Shown: positions 12,434-27,060, counted from the first letter of the stretch. The stretch is 64,000 bases of DNA from Chara braunii (GCA_003427395.1 BFEA01000018.1:2439533-2503532); one strand, 5' to 3'. The notes: generated by a model from the letters alone, not told the origin. Numbers and translations are program-made.

Positions 12434-15400
12434 GTCTTGCTTTTTCTTCGTTTGACTCCATTAGCGGATAGCTAGGTGAGGTAAAGTTGTTTCCGTTGGT
12501 GGATCTTCAACACATGCAAAGGAAAGAACGGGTGATGAGGGACACAGGAAGAAAGGGAAGGAACGAGTGACGCGAGTGACAGGAGACACGAGAAGAAAAT
12601 TAAAAATTAAAAAGACCAAAATAAAGGGAAGAAACGAGTAAGGGAAAGAAGAGCTAAGGAGAAAATAGTGGGTGGCAGGATTAGGGACGGGTGGGAGGAA
12701 GGAACAAAGGGAGCATCCATAAGGAGGCAGTCAATCATCGCAATGACGTACTCCGGGGCCGCACAGAGAGCCATGAGCAAGAAGGAGAAAAATGAGTTCA
12801 GTCAAGGACAAGCAAGACAACCCTCACGGGAAACCCTACAAGCAACTGCGTCAGGGGGAGCTGCAGGGTTCAAACCACAGGCGTAGGGTCAGAGAGCAAT
12901 GGAGTTCCTACTGGAAAAAACACAAATATCAGCACAAATTAAAGCCACAAAGGAAACCATAAAAGGAGAAGCCGGGAAAGTGGAGGAAGTGGATGTGTGG
13001 GAATATCCAGAACATGATATTCCCTCCCTCAACGAACTATACGAACGGCATGCAGTCCTACTCAACTTCTCACGCAAAAACCGAGAGCTCTCATTAAACG
13101 AAAAAAGACACTGGGTGATGGACAGTCTAAGGGCACTAGAGAATGTAAAAGGAGAAGAGTCGGACGTCTCGTACCACAAGAGGGGCAAATTCACAGTCGT
13201 GATTGTATGCGTGGACCCTAACTACGCACAGTACCTGCTATCCTTAGGCTCGCTGAAATGCAGACGGGCAATGGTGACAATCCAAGCATGGAAGCCACCG
13301 CGCCCCCCACAGGCGGAAGCATCAAGACATCGCCAGACAATGATGAGGAACCATTTTTGGGTACAGTTCGATAATCTGTCAGAAGGTATGCACAGTTTTG
13401 TTCAAAGAATCGGACGAGTACCCGAACAACCCCGTCATTGATTGGCTCCCAGCCAATCTGGATTTCCTAGCGCCCAATCACGATTCGCGAGTGGCTTGCT
13501 TGGAGGTCAAGTTGGGCGCACTGCCTAAATTCCCGAAACAATAGCTCTACCAGAAGAACGAGCAAAGACTCACAATTTTCGTCGCTACCAAGACAAACCC
13601 TTTCTGCTTCAGATGTAGGGGAAGAGGCCACCTCGGGTCGCAGTGCCCGCAAACAGGCGTCGGCAGCAAGCAAACGCCACTACGACAGCCGATGCTGACC
13701 GAATGTGAAAACAAACCGGGAGTCTGGTACATCAATTCAGCCCAGTACAGGGGTTGGATTTTTTACGATAACCTGGAGTCTCCTAGGTGGGTGTGGGTAC
13801 TAAAAAGTGTCCCAAGCGTCAAGCCAGATATATACCCACCTTCCGACAGCAAGTGGAGGCAAACATGAGCCAGAAGAATGGAAGAAAGGGAGACTAGGGT
13901 TCCTTACGAAGCCAATGCTGGACGAGACGGCAATGCAGGATGACCAGCAGAGACTCCACACCATGGAGGAGCTGCACCAAGTGGGAAGAACGGCGGAACA
14001 GGTTTTCTTGGAGAATCTAAGAGATCGAGACCAGAGTCGGAACAGGCAGCAGGACTCCAAACAAAAATCGGAGGGATTCTAAGAACATCAGGGGGAAAAC
14101 ATGGACTGCGAAGAGGGAGGAAAGATGACCGACTCCACCTCCAGCTCAGGCACTTCCCTGAAAAGGAAAGTGCAGACGGAAGGCTCAGAGGAAACGAAAC
14201 AACAAGAACAACAGGGTAAGAGAGCACAGTCCAGCAGCAGGACTCGGCCAAGCGAAGAGAGTCAGTCATCCAAACCAGCCTTGTCAGGGAACAGCCAAAA
14301 AGGCGATTCGGAGCAGCTGACGGAAGCGGAGGGCGAATCAATGGAAATTGCACAGAAAACACCCCTAGACAGTTCGGAAAGCGGCGGGAATAGCAAGTGC
14401 ACAATGAGAAACCACGATCCAATGACCGAGGAGGAAATAAAGGAGGCAAAGGAAGATCAACGCGATCTCCCAATGGAGGGGGCCTCCTCAGACGAATCAG
14501 CTGCAAGGAGGCGGAGGGAGAGGAGGGAGAGGAGGAAGAGGAAAGAGAGGACACAGTGGAACAATAGGTCCAATTCGTGGAACAGCTGGAATGGGGAAGA
14601 AAAATAGAATGTGAGGTGCAGCTGGCCCACCACAAACATCTGCATAACTTGCGGCAGGCCACACAGGCAACAGGGGACATCTTGTCTGAAAATCGCTATG
14701 AGTTGTTGAAAAGGGAGGAGGAGCTAAACGAGTTCTATGCAGCCCAATATGCATGGAAGTCACGTACCAAAAAAAACGAAATTCACATGCAGGAAGAGGA
14801 ATACAACAAATGTTTTCAATGGCCAAAGTCCTATCATCACAAGGACAACAAATGCAGCAACAGAAAAGGCAAAGCACGGGCAGAGGCGGACCGGGGAAGC
14901 CAGGTGGGGCAGGCTCAAGACTCTCAAGAGCTACGGGTAGAGACCGAGGAGCTGACTGAAGAGACAGAGGAAAACGCCGAGGAAGAACTGCAGAGGCAAG
15001 CAGCGATTTTGAAAGCCCAAGTCAATGCTTTGAAGGACCAAAACCGAGAATTTGAGGCGGCAACGATCAATCTGCAAAAAATAGCAAAGGGACAGCAACG
15101 AGAAATAGAGGCAGCGGCAATATTGGACGGAAAGAATGGGGCCAAGCAAAGAGTAGTCCTCCCATGCCGCTGGAACGAGAAGCACTCAGACTGGGAGGTC
15201 ACAATCCACCGCTCGCTTCAACTCATCAGCATGAAGGTGAGTGTTTGCACAGAGAAGGACTTTCGAAACCTGGTTGCAGAAGACTTACCTATGAGGGTTC
15301 ACGTTCTGGGAGGAAAGGACCTAGCAGCAGAAGAGGGGGACACCGGGAGCGGGAACCAATCGGTAGACTTCAGGCCAATACTGCTGGTCCTGCAGGAAGA

Positions 15401-16108
15401 GGCAGCACTCGAGGGCGATCTGGTATCGATGCTGTGGCAGGTAGTAGAGACCATACCATATGGCTACTGGGAGGAGAGAACGCTGCATAATGGGTAGCCA
15501 GAAGCGCGGCAATCGCAGTAAAAATTGAGGCCTTTGCATGGAAGCCAGAGTTTTTGGAAAGCAAAATTGAGCCGAACTCCACAAGGATAGATATGGCGTC
15601 GCTTGGCTCTTGAATTTTAGACAAGTGATGAAGACCCCTGAAACCCAGATTTAAACAGCCATGGAGAATCAAGGGAAGGGGAGGCAAGTGAAGAGAAAAA
15701 GGGGGGAACACGCGAGCACGAAAAAGCCAGAATTGAAACTTATGTCCTGGAATGTCAACAGTCTAGCAGGTATCCTGGATAATCAAGACAAGTGGAGCAA
15801 TATTATGAAGTCCACAGCATGGTATGACAGGGACCCCCCGGACTTCATCTGCCTCCAAGAAACACATCTCACGGAATCCCACGAGCACCAACAGATACAG
15901 AAGAGATTGACCCAGAAATGGAGATGGGTCAAGACGGCCCAGTGGGCACCAGCAAGCAGGTCGAACTCAGCGGGAGTCACTATCCTACAGAATAGTAGAG
16001 CTGCAGCGGCAGAAAGGATAGTGGTAGGGGACACCCAAGTGGATAGACAAGAAGGTAGATGGGTAAAAGTGGATTTTGCATTAAAAAAAAAAAAACAAAA
16101 AAAAAAAC
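12434..16108 (+). mobile_element. 3'-truncated L1/Tx1-like LINE: 5'UTR, long ORF1, start of the APE endonuclease, then poly(A)
   Basis: ORF1 fragments from ATG 12743 to ~15500 with CCHC CFRCRGRGHLGSQC (~13605-13646). EN motifs LKLMSWNVNSL and PDFICLQETHL (15735-15870), cut by an A-tract at 16083-16107. Confidence 0.88.
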
Positions 16109-16689
16109 CCGGCAACAAACGAAAACCTAAAATTATAAAACAGGCATTTACTAAGTTACAGCAACATATTTATAGACCTATACACCTGCATGGGAAACTA
16201 CATTGATTTATAACTATATACCTCTGTCTACACCTAAACATCTGTACTTATATATGCATACATATGGATCTGTACTATTCTATAGTGTACTACACCTATG
16301 CCTATATGCCTATATAGTATATACCAACTACTATTTAGTATTTCGTGAAAATGGACATTTTTTATTTTTTGAACGAAATTGGCGTCTAGGCGGGTACACA
16401 GTCCAACCAGTCTGAGTCTAGGGCCTGTAGGAGCAATATCAGAGTCTGCAATGATGTTTCCCTTCGAAAGGGTGGAGGTACCGGTTGCTTGGAGGCCGCG
16501 CGGCCTAGGAAGCAAGAGGTAAGCAGGCCGCTATATCTCCAGGAGGAGCGAGGTGCTCCTCTTCATTGTCGGTGTGCAAGTTTGGTGACCCACTGGTTGG
16601 AGCGCTGGCCGGAGCAGCGCTAGGTTCGAGCAGCTCTGCTGGGGACGGAGCAAGGATACGGGGAGAAGGAAGACAAGGACTGGGAAGGG

Positions 16690-17246
16690 AGGAGCGCCAG
16701 AGGTACTTACCTGGCTATGGTGGTTCCCATCTTCATCACCTTGGTGGGCGCTGCAGCAAGAAGGCCCCGGCGGGGCTAGAGCTACACCAAGAAGCTTCAA
16801 GGCAGAGTCAGGCATGGCGGCCTGAGCTAGAGCAGCCATAGCTGCTTGAGTTGTCTTCTGCTCATCAGGGCAAGGCCCGAGCAGTCCGCCATAGCCTAGG
16901 TAGGCCTTCGAGAAAAGGAAGGAGAAGTGTGCCATGGCTATGGTGGACCTCATGTGATACCTGCAGTAGAAGCGAGATTCGGACATTGATTCCAGTTCAG
17001 CCATTCAACATTATTATTATTATTTATTGATTGAATAAGAGGGGAGGAGATAAGGAAGAGGAGAGTGGTTGGCGAAGAAGAAGAGCATTATCATTGGTCT
17101 ATCAGTGGTTGGCGAAGAAGAAGAGCATTATCTTCTTCTTCTTCTTTCCCTCTCTCTCCTCTCAAGTTCATTCATTTCTTTTTGAAATTGGACGGAATTG
17201 TACTTTCTGATGAATGTGTCCTTCGAAATTGGCCAGGATCATAACA
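16690..17246. repeat. Partial LTR related to the nested LTR (right part; left boundary unresolved, possibly ~16400)
   Basis: Colinear similarity to 2020-2566 (AGGTACTTAC..GCTATGGTGG, GCGAAGAAGAAGAGC, CAAGTTCATTCATTTC), ending GATCATAACA. Confidence 0.8.
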
Positions 17247-17333
17247 TATCAGTCTATTTGATTGTCTCATCATGTTTCCTTTACTGCAGTAGCTTCTTCT
17301 GGCATTGCAGTTCTGTCTCTTTGTCCACAACCA

Positions 17334-17464
17334 CATAGTTGCGGCGCATTGAGGTGCGCGCCTCAGCGCACGTCTGGCGCACCTTGCGCACCGCACCGCG
17401 CATCGCACCAAGTGCGGTGCAAAAAAAAAAAAAAGGTCCGCCCAAAAAGAAAAAAAGTGCAAGG

Positions 17465-17501
<37 letters not shown>

Positions 17502-18235
17502 NNNNNNNNNNNNNNNNNNNNNNNNNNNNNNNNNNNNNNNNNNNNNNNNNNNNNNNNNNNNNNNNNNNNNNNNNNNNNNNNNNNNNNNNNNNNNNNNNNN
17601 NNNNNNNNNNNNNNNNNNNNNNNNNNNNNNNNNNNNNNNNNNNNNNNNNNNNNNNNNNNNNNNNNNNNNNNNNNNNNNNNNNNNNNNNNNNNNNNNNNNN
17701 NNNNNNNNNNNNNNNNNNNNNNNNNNNNNNNNNNNNNNNNNNNNNNNNNNNNNNNNNNNNNNNNNNNNNNNNNNNNNNNNNNNNNNNNNNNNNNNNNNNN
17801 NNNNNNNNNNNNNNNNNNNNNNNNNNNNNNNNNNNNNNNNNNNNNNNNNNNNNNNNNNNNNNNNNNNNNNNNNNNNNNNNNNNNNNNNNNNNNNNNNNNN
17901 NNNNNNNNNNNNNNNNNNNNNNNNNNNNNNNNNNNNNNNNNNNNNNNNNNNNNNNNNNNNNNNNNNNNNNNNNNNNNNNNNNNNNNNNNNNNNNNNNNNN
18001 NNNNNNNNNNNNNNNNNNNNNNNNNNNNNNNNNNNNNNNNNNNNNNNNNNNNNNNNNNNNNNNNNNNNNNNNNNNNNNNNNNNNNNNNNNNNNNNNNNNN
18101 NNNNNNNNNNNNNNNNNNNNAGACACCGCTGTTTTTTTTTTTTTTTTCGTGCACGTGCACGTGCACCACTCTCTCGCGCATGGCGCACAGCGCCCCGCGC
18201 CGCACTGCGCACCATACCAGTGCGCCGCAACTATG
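17334..18235. mobile_element. Non-autonomous TIR element (hAT-like termini) spanning a gap
   Basis: CATAGTTGCGGCGCATTG ... CAGTGCGCCGCAACTATG (17/18 inverted match) with many subterminal GCGCA/CGCAC motifs. No clean 8-bp TSD. Confidence 0.65.
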
Positions 18236-21200
18236 CATAAAACCTATGGTGATTAAATGTCGCGATAAACATACAGCTGTGCAGAGAGCAAAGAAAAGTT
18301 GCACCACAATGTGCAAATTCTTACAATGCAACTTCGAATTAAATAGGGACCCAAGGGAGTGTAGTAGGCACCCACGTCCATGTATCGGGATTTGAACAGA
18401 ACAAACAGCGCCACCAGCATCCCTGCATCCGATGATGGTTACAAACTGCACTCTGCTTCTTGACTGGCTTATCATCACTTAGGGATTCAAAATCCTACGT
18501 CTTCACAGATCATGAGAGTGATGAATCTTGTGCTGTTGTTGTTCCTGTGTTAGATCCTCAGTTTCTTCCAGTTTGCTGCTGCTGTCCCTGTGTTCGATCT
18601 TGTGCTGTTGTCTGTTAGATAGTTTCCAGTTTGCTGCTGTTGTTGCTGTGTTAGATAGTTTCCAGTTCGCTGCTGTTGTTGCTGTGTTTGATCCTCAGCT
18701 GAAAGACTGAGCCAGAACTCAGTGAACGTACTCGGTGTGACTTACTTCTTTCGTTTCTCAGCTGACAGTAAGTGAATGAACTGTGTAACTTGCCGATTTC
18801 TGCAAGTGCATTTCTTCGACCAACATGCATCACTGCTGTAACCATTGGATCTAAATCCCATCCGGCCTGGCCCATAGAGTCCATGACCAGTTGGCCAGCG
18901 AGGACAACAAGAGGACTCCAGAGATCCATGCCATGGGGCAGCAGGCAACAGCTCGCACATTGTGGCAAAGACAGTCAGAAGAGGAGAACAAGATGAGAAA
19001 TGCAGAGCCAGATGCACCACGGTAGGATGGTAAGCGAAAAACAAGAAGAGAAATGCAGAGAGAAGAAATAATGGTGATTAAGGTGGTCCCTTTTTCTCTT
19101 TCCAAGGGGGTGTTTTGGGGGTTAGGTTGGAGGTTGACGAACTAAAATTGGCCAGTTAGACCTTCCAGAGACCCGATAAAATTGGAAAGGTACAAGATCA
19201 CTATGGCTGCCGCACATGGGATTGTAGAAAATACAAAAATAGCTCATTTATGTTTGGAAATAAACATAACCATACCGTCCACGGCGTCCAGAATGCACGT
19301 CCAGGTTCCGAAGACTGTGCACTTGGGTCTCAGCACATCAAGGTGCAAATGAATGTGCACTTGGGAATCTCTTTTTTTTGTTTGTTCTTTTTTTTTTTCA
19401 CGAGGCTAATTTTTGCATTTCCAAATCCGAGTGAGGTTGTTTATGTACTTTCTGGGTTTTCCCTTCTTTTTCTTTATTTTTTGAAGGAGGGTGGGTGGGT
19501 TCTTTACCTGCAAGAAGATGACCAATCTGATTCAGGGCCATCAATCGTTGAGAGCGATTCAATAGAGTGAACTCGACCCCAGACCATTGGGATGTCACTG
19601 ATTCCACCTCCTTCCGAGTCCTCCATCTCTTCCGGCTTCATCTCAGGGTCCAGGCCAGTTCCAAGGCTGTCCCTCTTCGCCAGGACCACGTCCCTTTTCC
19701 GGGTTTTCCCTCCATTATCTCTAATTACACCTCCTGCAGCATGTGTAAAGGGGGGATGACGACGATGCTGAACCTGCAGCGGCGCATATGGGGCCACAAG
19801 GCCTGCAACGTTTTCTTGGCAAACCTTCACGCAGACCATGCAGGCAATAAGAGTCCTTTTCCTTTCAAGAACCGCTGCAGGCCAACTCCAGCTCAACGCC
19901 AATGAGGTCGGAAGGTGGTGAAGAAGGCGTGATGACTTGGTGAAGGAAAAAGGAGAAGAATGAAGCTGAATTTGAGTGCCTTCGGGCCATCAGTTCCGTA
20001 TAGCAACTGTATCAACATGATGAGAAGCACTCGCAGAGGACGAGCACAGCAAAACAATCCCCCTGGATATGGCAGAAGTAGCCATAGCCTTTCAACCCCC
20101 AAGCTCCTTGCTTGCCTGCCTGACACCGATCTCCTTGCTCGCTGGTCTTACACCAGTATTCTTTCTTGTCAGTCTGCCACAGATCTCCGTGTTTTCCTCC
20201 TTACCGACAGAGGGAGAGCATCTGCCACTGTGGGTCAGCAAACATATCGCAATTCTTGCTTGTGGGCGGACATATTTGATGTCACTGATGCTCCCCCCTA
20301 CGGTGCTAGAGATTGTGCCATCTGGTGCAGACACTCTAGCCCCCTCCACCACCCTCGCTCCGAGTACTTTGCAGACAACATACAGTCGATGCTGCACGGG
20401 CTGTTTTTCCTCCTCCTCCTCCTCCTCCTCCTCCTCCTCATCCTCCTTCGTTCTGGCGTGATCCAATGGCCTTTGCGCTTACCGCTGTTTCTCCACGAGA
20501 AGTTCCTGTGCTTACCGCTCTTTCTCCACAAGAAGTTCATTCAAAACCCGTAAAACGACCCTGTGGCTCATGAGTACACATAAGCTGGGTCATTCAATTC
20601 ATCATCTCTCTCGTCCTCATAATCACCCTGAGACTGCAAACCTTCTCTCACAGATTGACATCCACCCGCATGCACGCGTGTCTGATGGTGCCCACCATTC
20701 CCAATGCCTCACCCTGTAATGCCGTTCCAAAACCCTTGCGCTTTCGCCATCCCCTTCACCGCATTCTTCGCCCGACTTTTCCCCCTGCCGTGTTCCACCG
20801 CCCGCTAACCGGCGCCCCGAATTGCCAGCTCTTGCTGCTTGTGCCCACTTTCGATTGCCGGTCCGACGAATGAAACTAGGAGAACCTCGGTACACACTCG
20901 AGATTGCGGTGGAATACAAGCTGGCAGAAATTTTATGCCTCGGAGGAACACCGGGGGCTCGGCTCAAAAGGGCCATCCCAGCCCCCGATCCCCCGCCCCT
21001 CCGCCTCAAGTTTCACCCTTCCCGCCAACCACGGTGCCATGCTGATATCCTACCAGTAGTCCAGTTACAATATCCTGCCCGGGCAGAAGTCTTCCAGCAG
21101 GTCCACTGGTGCTATGCTCGTGCCACCAGGGCACAAACCAGTCCATTCGAATCAAGAGCATACTGGCAATCATGTGACCACAACCTTTTTTTTTTCCTTT

Positions 21201-21313
21201 TTTTCTTTTTTTCCCTTTTTTTTCCTTCTTTGTTCCTTTTTTCCCTTTATTTTTTTCTTCTTTTTTTCCTTTCTTTTTTTATTGCATTTCAACCCGGGAA
21301 CTGGGGCCATTAG

Positions 21314-21770
21314 AAAGCGGGTCCAGTGTCCCATCCAAAATGCTGGCTTTCACAAAGACTCACCTGGATAAGAAACGGAAAAATAGCAGAACTGATAATG
21401 CTCAGTTATATGATCTTAATCCACACCATAAACGCATCTATACTTCTACCCTGACCGAAGCTCATTGAAAATATCCGAATCTGAAAAACTCACTTAGAAA
21501 ACTTAGAAAAGGCTTCAAATTTACAGCGCATTCGTAGGCTGGTCCTGGAAAGCGGGTCCAGCATCCCATCCAAAATGCTGCCTTTCACAAAGACACCTGG
21601 ATAAGAAACAGAGAAATAGCAGAACTAATGCTCAGTGATATGATCTAAATCCAAACCACAAACACATCTATACTTCTGCTATGACCGAAGCTCATTGAAA
21701 ATACCCGAATCTGAAAAAATCACTTAGAAGTTAGAAGTTAGAAAAGGATTCAAATTTACAGTACATTCAT
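21314..21770. repeat. Tandem direct duplication, unit ~235 bp
   Basis: GAAAGCGGGTCCAG..CCATCCAAAATGCTG...AAATTTACAG occurs at ~21314 and ~21548. Confidence 0.9.
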
Positions 21771-21789
21771 AACTGTTGTCTACTTTCTT

Positions 21790-24700
21790 ATTCCACGAGT
21801 GTCAAGGTCTGTAGTTACAACTCTACCGCCTGCTCTAACTAACCTAAACGGGCCTACTACCGGCCTGTATACCAGCCCGAAGCCGAGACTGGTTGGAACT
21901 TGCGTTCCGAGTAACTGTGGCACTCTCCACCCTCCAGCCCACACAGTGCCTCCTGCGGCTCTAATGAAAAAAGGGGGGGGAACCGAGTGCCCTGGTTCCC
22001 CAAACTATCTGCCTACTGACTACACCTAACTATCTAGCTGTTCTCAACTCAACCCCGGCAGATCTCGAAGCCAGGGCAATAAGACCACACCCTGAGAACG
22101 ATGTACTGCAGCTAACTGATGCCGATTGGCCCAGTTGTTGAGGAACCACCTGAGTTGTCTACTGTTTCCCTTACCATCTTCTGCTTTCGTCGGCCGATCA
22201 ACCCTGATTGCTTCTCTTAAACCCTGCTTCACCAACGTCTCGATCTCTACATCCAAAAGTGGTCTCTTCTGAAATCTTGCCTGTTTCTATCTTTCCATAT
22301 GATCTCACAGAGCAGACCCCGTACCGCGTGAGTAACGTAGCCCCATCCTCTCTTGCGATCAATCCCTGCAGGCAAAAGGCCCATTAGCACCCACCTCTCA
22401 TCGCAGCTTATCGAAGGATCCCCAAAACGCTGCTAGTGGTATTCCCACCATTTCCAGATCCTTCCGGAAGCAGGACATTCGCACCACACGCGCCTTGTTG
22501 ACTCAAATGGTTAACTGCACCTTGAGCATTTTAACTCCACCTCCATTCCTCTCCCAATTAACCAGACTGCAGACTGTGTTATTAGCAGGGACATCATCCA
22601 CAATATGCTCACAGATTTGCCATTTGGCAGCTTTGTCAGGATCTACCAAAGTTTCGTAAACTGCGAGCCAGCTTCAGGCAGGTCTTCCGTCGACACTCTG
22701 CCATCGGCTAATAGCAATTCCCGTTGGTGTTTTCCTTTTGGAGCTTCTCTGGTGGAGACTGTAGCCGTTCGCCACCGAATAATCTGCTAAACTCAACGTA
22801 GGGCGCCGAGCATCTCCTGTTGACCAACCCCAAGCCAGGGGATCAATGCATACTTTCCTCAATGGAGTTCTGCCCACCCAGACCAGGTTCCGTCTGACTG
22901 TCGGTCCTCCCTACCCTCCCGTGATACGCGCCTGGGGTGGGTTTTCACAGCCACAGTGAATGTCTCACTGATCAAGGTAAGCGTGTTTGTGTTCCATTCA
23001 CAATTCCGTCTCTCGATTTTCCTGAAGCCACTGGCCAGGACCTCAAGCAGTTTCCAGACTGTGTCCCCATTCTCACTGTCCGCAGCATACCAGGTTTCGA
23101 GCGGGTCGACACCTTCTGGGCCTAGGAGTCGGTTCCGTTCTGTGGGAATGGCCTCGAGCAGTTGTGTCCGATGCTCCTCCTCGTTTATGAGACCGCTTAG
23201 CACCTCTCTCACTTTTGCCTAGGGACACCAGGTTCCTAGCAGAGGGGACCACAGATCGCCTATCCTCACAATGCCTCTATGGACCCAAGCCTGTAAAGGT
23301 ACCTCCCCCCTCCTTTACAATCTTTGAATTTCCGAACAAGATTTGAGCCATGACTTCTTCCTTAGACTTTGCGGGGGTGCTCACCTCTGGAGGTAGTCAC
23401 TTTCAGGCTTTGCGCATCTCTCTCCAGAACCTGGATCTCAGTCTTTTTCTTCTGAAGGATGGGATGAACAGACAGGCCCACACATCCTGAGGCCTATTTA
23501 ATCCTCACTCCTGTAACAATATCTGCTCCACTAATTCGACCCAATGCTCTTTGGAGGAGGCAGTCACAATCTTGCTGATCTGCTTGCTAAGGTGTGCTTG
23601 ATTCTTCTTTGCTGGGTCCACCAGGCCTAGACCGCCCTGGTTGCATGGGAAGGTTAAAATCTCCCATGCTACCTTAACTAGGAAACCTTAGCCCTTGGTT
23701 CCCACAAGAAGCAAGCCACCAATCACTTAATGGCCTTCAAGATTCCTTTGCGGATTTCCTTTACTGTGCTGACAAACCACAGTATTGAGAAAAGTGCAAT
23801 GTTGGAGACCAGCACCCTGCCAACGACAGACAAATGTCAGGCCGAGCCCCCATAAAACATTTGTAGCATGGCTGCGATCCGATGTTGCCGAAGCAGTCCC
23901 TGTGAGGAGACTTCCACGTGGAGGCTAATGAGGACCCCCAAGAATCTTTACTCCTCCCCTTCCTCAATCCGCCGCATGGCCCACTTAAGAGCTAGCTCGA
24001 ACTGTGCAGGGAGTTAAAACACAGACTTACTCCAGATTACACATGGCTTACGATAGGACCGAGTATTCGGCCAAGGCACTTTTTAGCGTGTCCAAAGATG
24101 TCACAGAGTTCTCGCTGATGACAAACAGGCTGTCGGCGAGGGCCTTCGGTTTGAGTGGGTTCTGGCGAATCCTGTTCAACAAAACCTCCATCTGTAAGAC
24201 GAACAGCAAGGGCGTGCAAGGGAGCTAGTGGGCAACCTTGCCGAAGCAACCGGGAGAGCCATAAGGGAGATGTGAGTGGCCATTTATCATTACAGCTGAC
24301 GTAGGGAAGGTGTCCATCACTGTCATCCCATCTGTAAAAACTTTCTCTGAAGCCCATCCTCCTCAGCGTGGTGAAAACGAAAGGCCACCCCACCTTCCCA
24401 TACACAAAAATAAGACTGCTTTGTCCACGATCTCTGATTGCACCACCTCCAATACCTCGAAAGTTGTCACGATGTTATTAAAAATGGAGCCACCTCGCAG
24501 GAATGCCCCTTGGTCCCTGTCCACTAGGTCTGGAAGGTGCCTGCCCAATCTTAGTGCCAGTGTCTTCACTAGGAGTTTGCAGGACACGTTTAGTAAGGAG
24601 ATAGGGCGCCAATTTTTGACGTCATCCTTATCTCCTTTTTTGAACAGGGCAGCAATAACCCCGTACATCATGCCCTTACCCAGCCTGCCACCTACCAGCA

Positions 24701-25549
24701 CCTCGTTCTATAGTTCTACCAGTGCTGTTCCCACTGTCTCCGACTTGCTGAGGTGGAACTGGACAGTGACCCCGTCTATGCCAGGGGATTTCCCTTTGGC
24801 TATGGATTTGATTGTTTGTGTTACCTCCTCTAAAGTCACGGGCCTGTCCAGTTCCAGCCTGACTGTGCCTGACAGTCTCACAGTCGTGTCCTCCCACATG
24901 TCAGAGAATTCTGTTAGATCATTGGTTGCGTCTTTCGGGGGGCACCAAGTAGTGAGGATGTCCTCATAATAAAGTTTAGCATAGTGTAGCATGCCAGCTG
25001 CAGCACAGGCCACCGGGCCGACTCACCATCTGCTGCTGAGTGCATCTTGGTTGCAGTTTCTGGAAGGTGTCTTTAGACATCTGATCATGGGTTTCGATGC
25101 CCTTTCCTTGAGAAGCTCGGTCCACCTCTTCTGTTTGTCGAGTTGAAGCTTGCCCCATTCTGCCACCCGTCTTTCTCTCTCTGATGCACAGACCATTGGC
25201 GAAATTGGGTGCCCTTCTGTTGTCTCCTCAACTTCTTCCACTCTCCGTTTACACTCTAACGTTCCTTTCTCTAGCTAAAATCCTTGAACAGACATCCATG
25301 ACCCCAGAAATAATGACCAGACCCCCGTCCAGTCATTGTGCAGTATTGGAAAAATACTGTTTCGCCTCGTTCCACCTCTCCATATGATCCGTTACCCACT
25401 CTGCAATACAAGGGTCCTCAAGAACCTGTCTGTTCAATCTGAAGAAGCCCCTGCCTCTCTCTAGCCCTTCACGCAGTCTGATCTCTGCCATAACTGGCTT
25501 GTGATCGGACAGTGGGTTGCAATAGTGACCACGACCTTGTTGCCCCGAG
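21790..25549 (-). mobile_element. 5'-truncated, degraded L1/Tx1-like LINE ORF2 (EN C-terminus, RT, C-terminal region) with 3'UTR
   Basis: PLSDHKPV, KGKSPGIDG, KKGDKDDVKNWRPISLLN, LRQGCPLAP; many frameshifts. Confidence 0.92.
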
Positions 25550-25736
25550 GTTTTTTTTTTTTTTTTTGGTCTTCTTTTTAGAAAGCCCAGGGTGTTGTAG
25601 AGGCCAAGGACCAGACCCACGGTGATCGCTGGCAGCGGCAGCCGATGGTTGTCCTAACAGGATAGGCCACCTTCCCTACCCTTCCCCACGTTAGTTCTCC
25701 CAGCGTACCCCCTATCCCTAGTATCTTACCTCAGTA

Positions 25737-27060
25737 TGTGACGTTCAACCTCATGCCCTGTGCTATCTTCCATTCGGAGTGATTAAATATGCAGAACAGG
25801 CCCTGAAAGAACAGCAAAAATGGGGTGTCCCAAGGATTTTTGGGAAAATTGAGTGTGGAGACCCCGACAAAACAGGAATCTCCTGTGTGGTCCCAGTTTT
25901 AGCGAGAAATGGCCATTGCCGCGAGGGAAAGAATAGAGCGCGCGACTTTCAGACGTTCATTTAATCCAAAAAGTATCTCTGAACTTCCATGCAGGCTACC
26001 CGACATCTTTACGAACGGAAAGGTGGGGGTACGCATGTGGGATCCCATTTTCGAATTAAGCCCCATTGTCGCTCACTTCAAAGCTCGGAATCGGGCGTGG
26101 AAAGCCGCAGCCTGGTTGCTCTTTCCGTATGCTTGTCCTCGCCACGTGTCCGGTAGTGGAACCCCCTTTCCTGATAACGCTCGGTGCGGCGACAATCGCC
26201 ACAAAGAGTGCGGCGACAATCAGTCAATGGGGTGCCACCGCCATCCACGGGATGACAATCAACTCGATAAAAGGCAATAATAAGAAATAAGGCGGAAAGT
26301 GAGTATCAACAATGACAAAACCAGCACCTACGAATCTTGAACACCTTGTTTTGGGAGGAAAATAATAATGCCCTCCGATCTTTGCGATGGTTTCTAGTAC
26401 GTCCCGCTCGCATACACGTGTCCTTTCCTCGTTATACGGGAACAAGCGTTGTGGGGATACGAGAAGTCGGCGCCCAGTCGAGGCGGTAAAATCAGTCCAC
26501 ATGGCGTAAGTGGGCTGATTGCGCTTATCTACTCAATCCGTCAGTCGAATGAAAACAAACCCAAAGAGATAAAGAGAAAACAACACCGGGTTCTCATTAT
26601 CTCCAAGTCATGACACAGGCTAACTATAGGCGTGAGTTCGTGCAATTCGATCCAATAAAAAAGAAAACTATCTAGCATTTATTGAAAGGAGGAAATAAAA
26701 CAAGAATAAACCATGCATAAAGATCAGATGCATCAAAACAACAATCCAGCCATATAAGGAAGTGCTTCTCTCCCAACAGATTTCTATGTTTGGCTGAGTT
26801 CACGCGATGAAACTTTGATCGTCAAAAATAAGCGGGGGCAGAAACTCATACACACATATCGATCATTGTCATGAGCACATCCCATTCATCATACAAAAAG
26901 GAGTAAAGAGAGCGTAAGAGACTGGGTGACTAGACCTCGCTAGTTCCTTAAGTTCGATGATGCTCGCTCTTGCGAGACCTGATCGGACTTCAAAGAGACG
27001 AGTAGGGTGGGGATTCGGGTATAGCCACATAAGAGGAAGACGTTGCACTATCCAATCATT

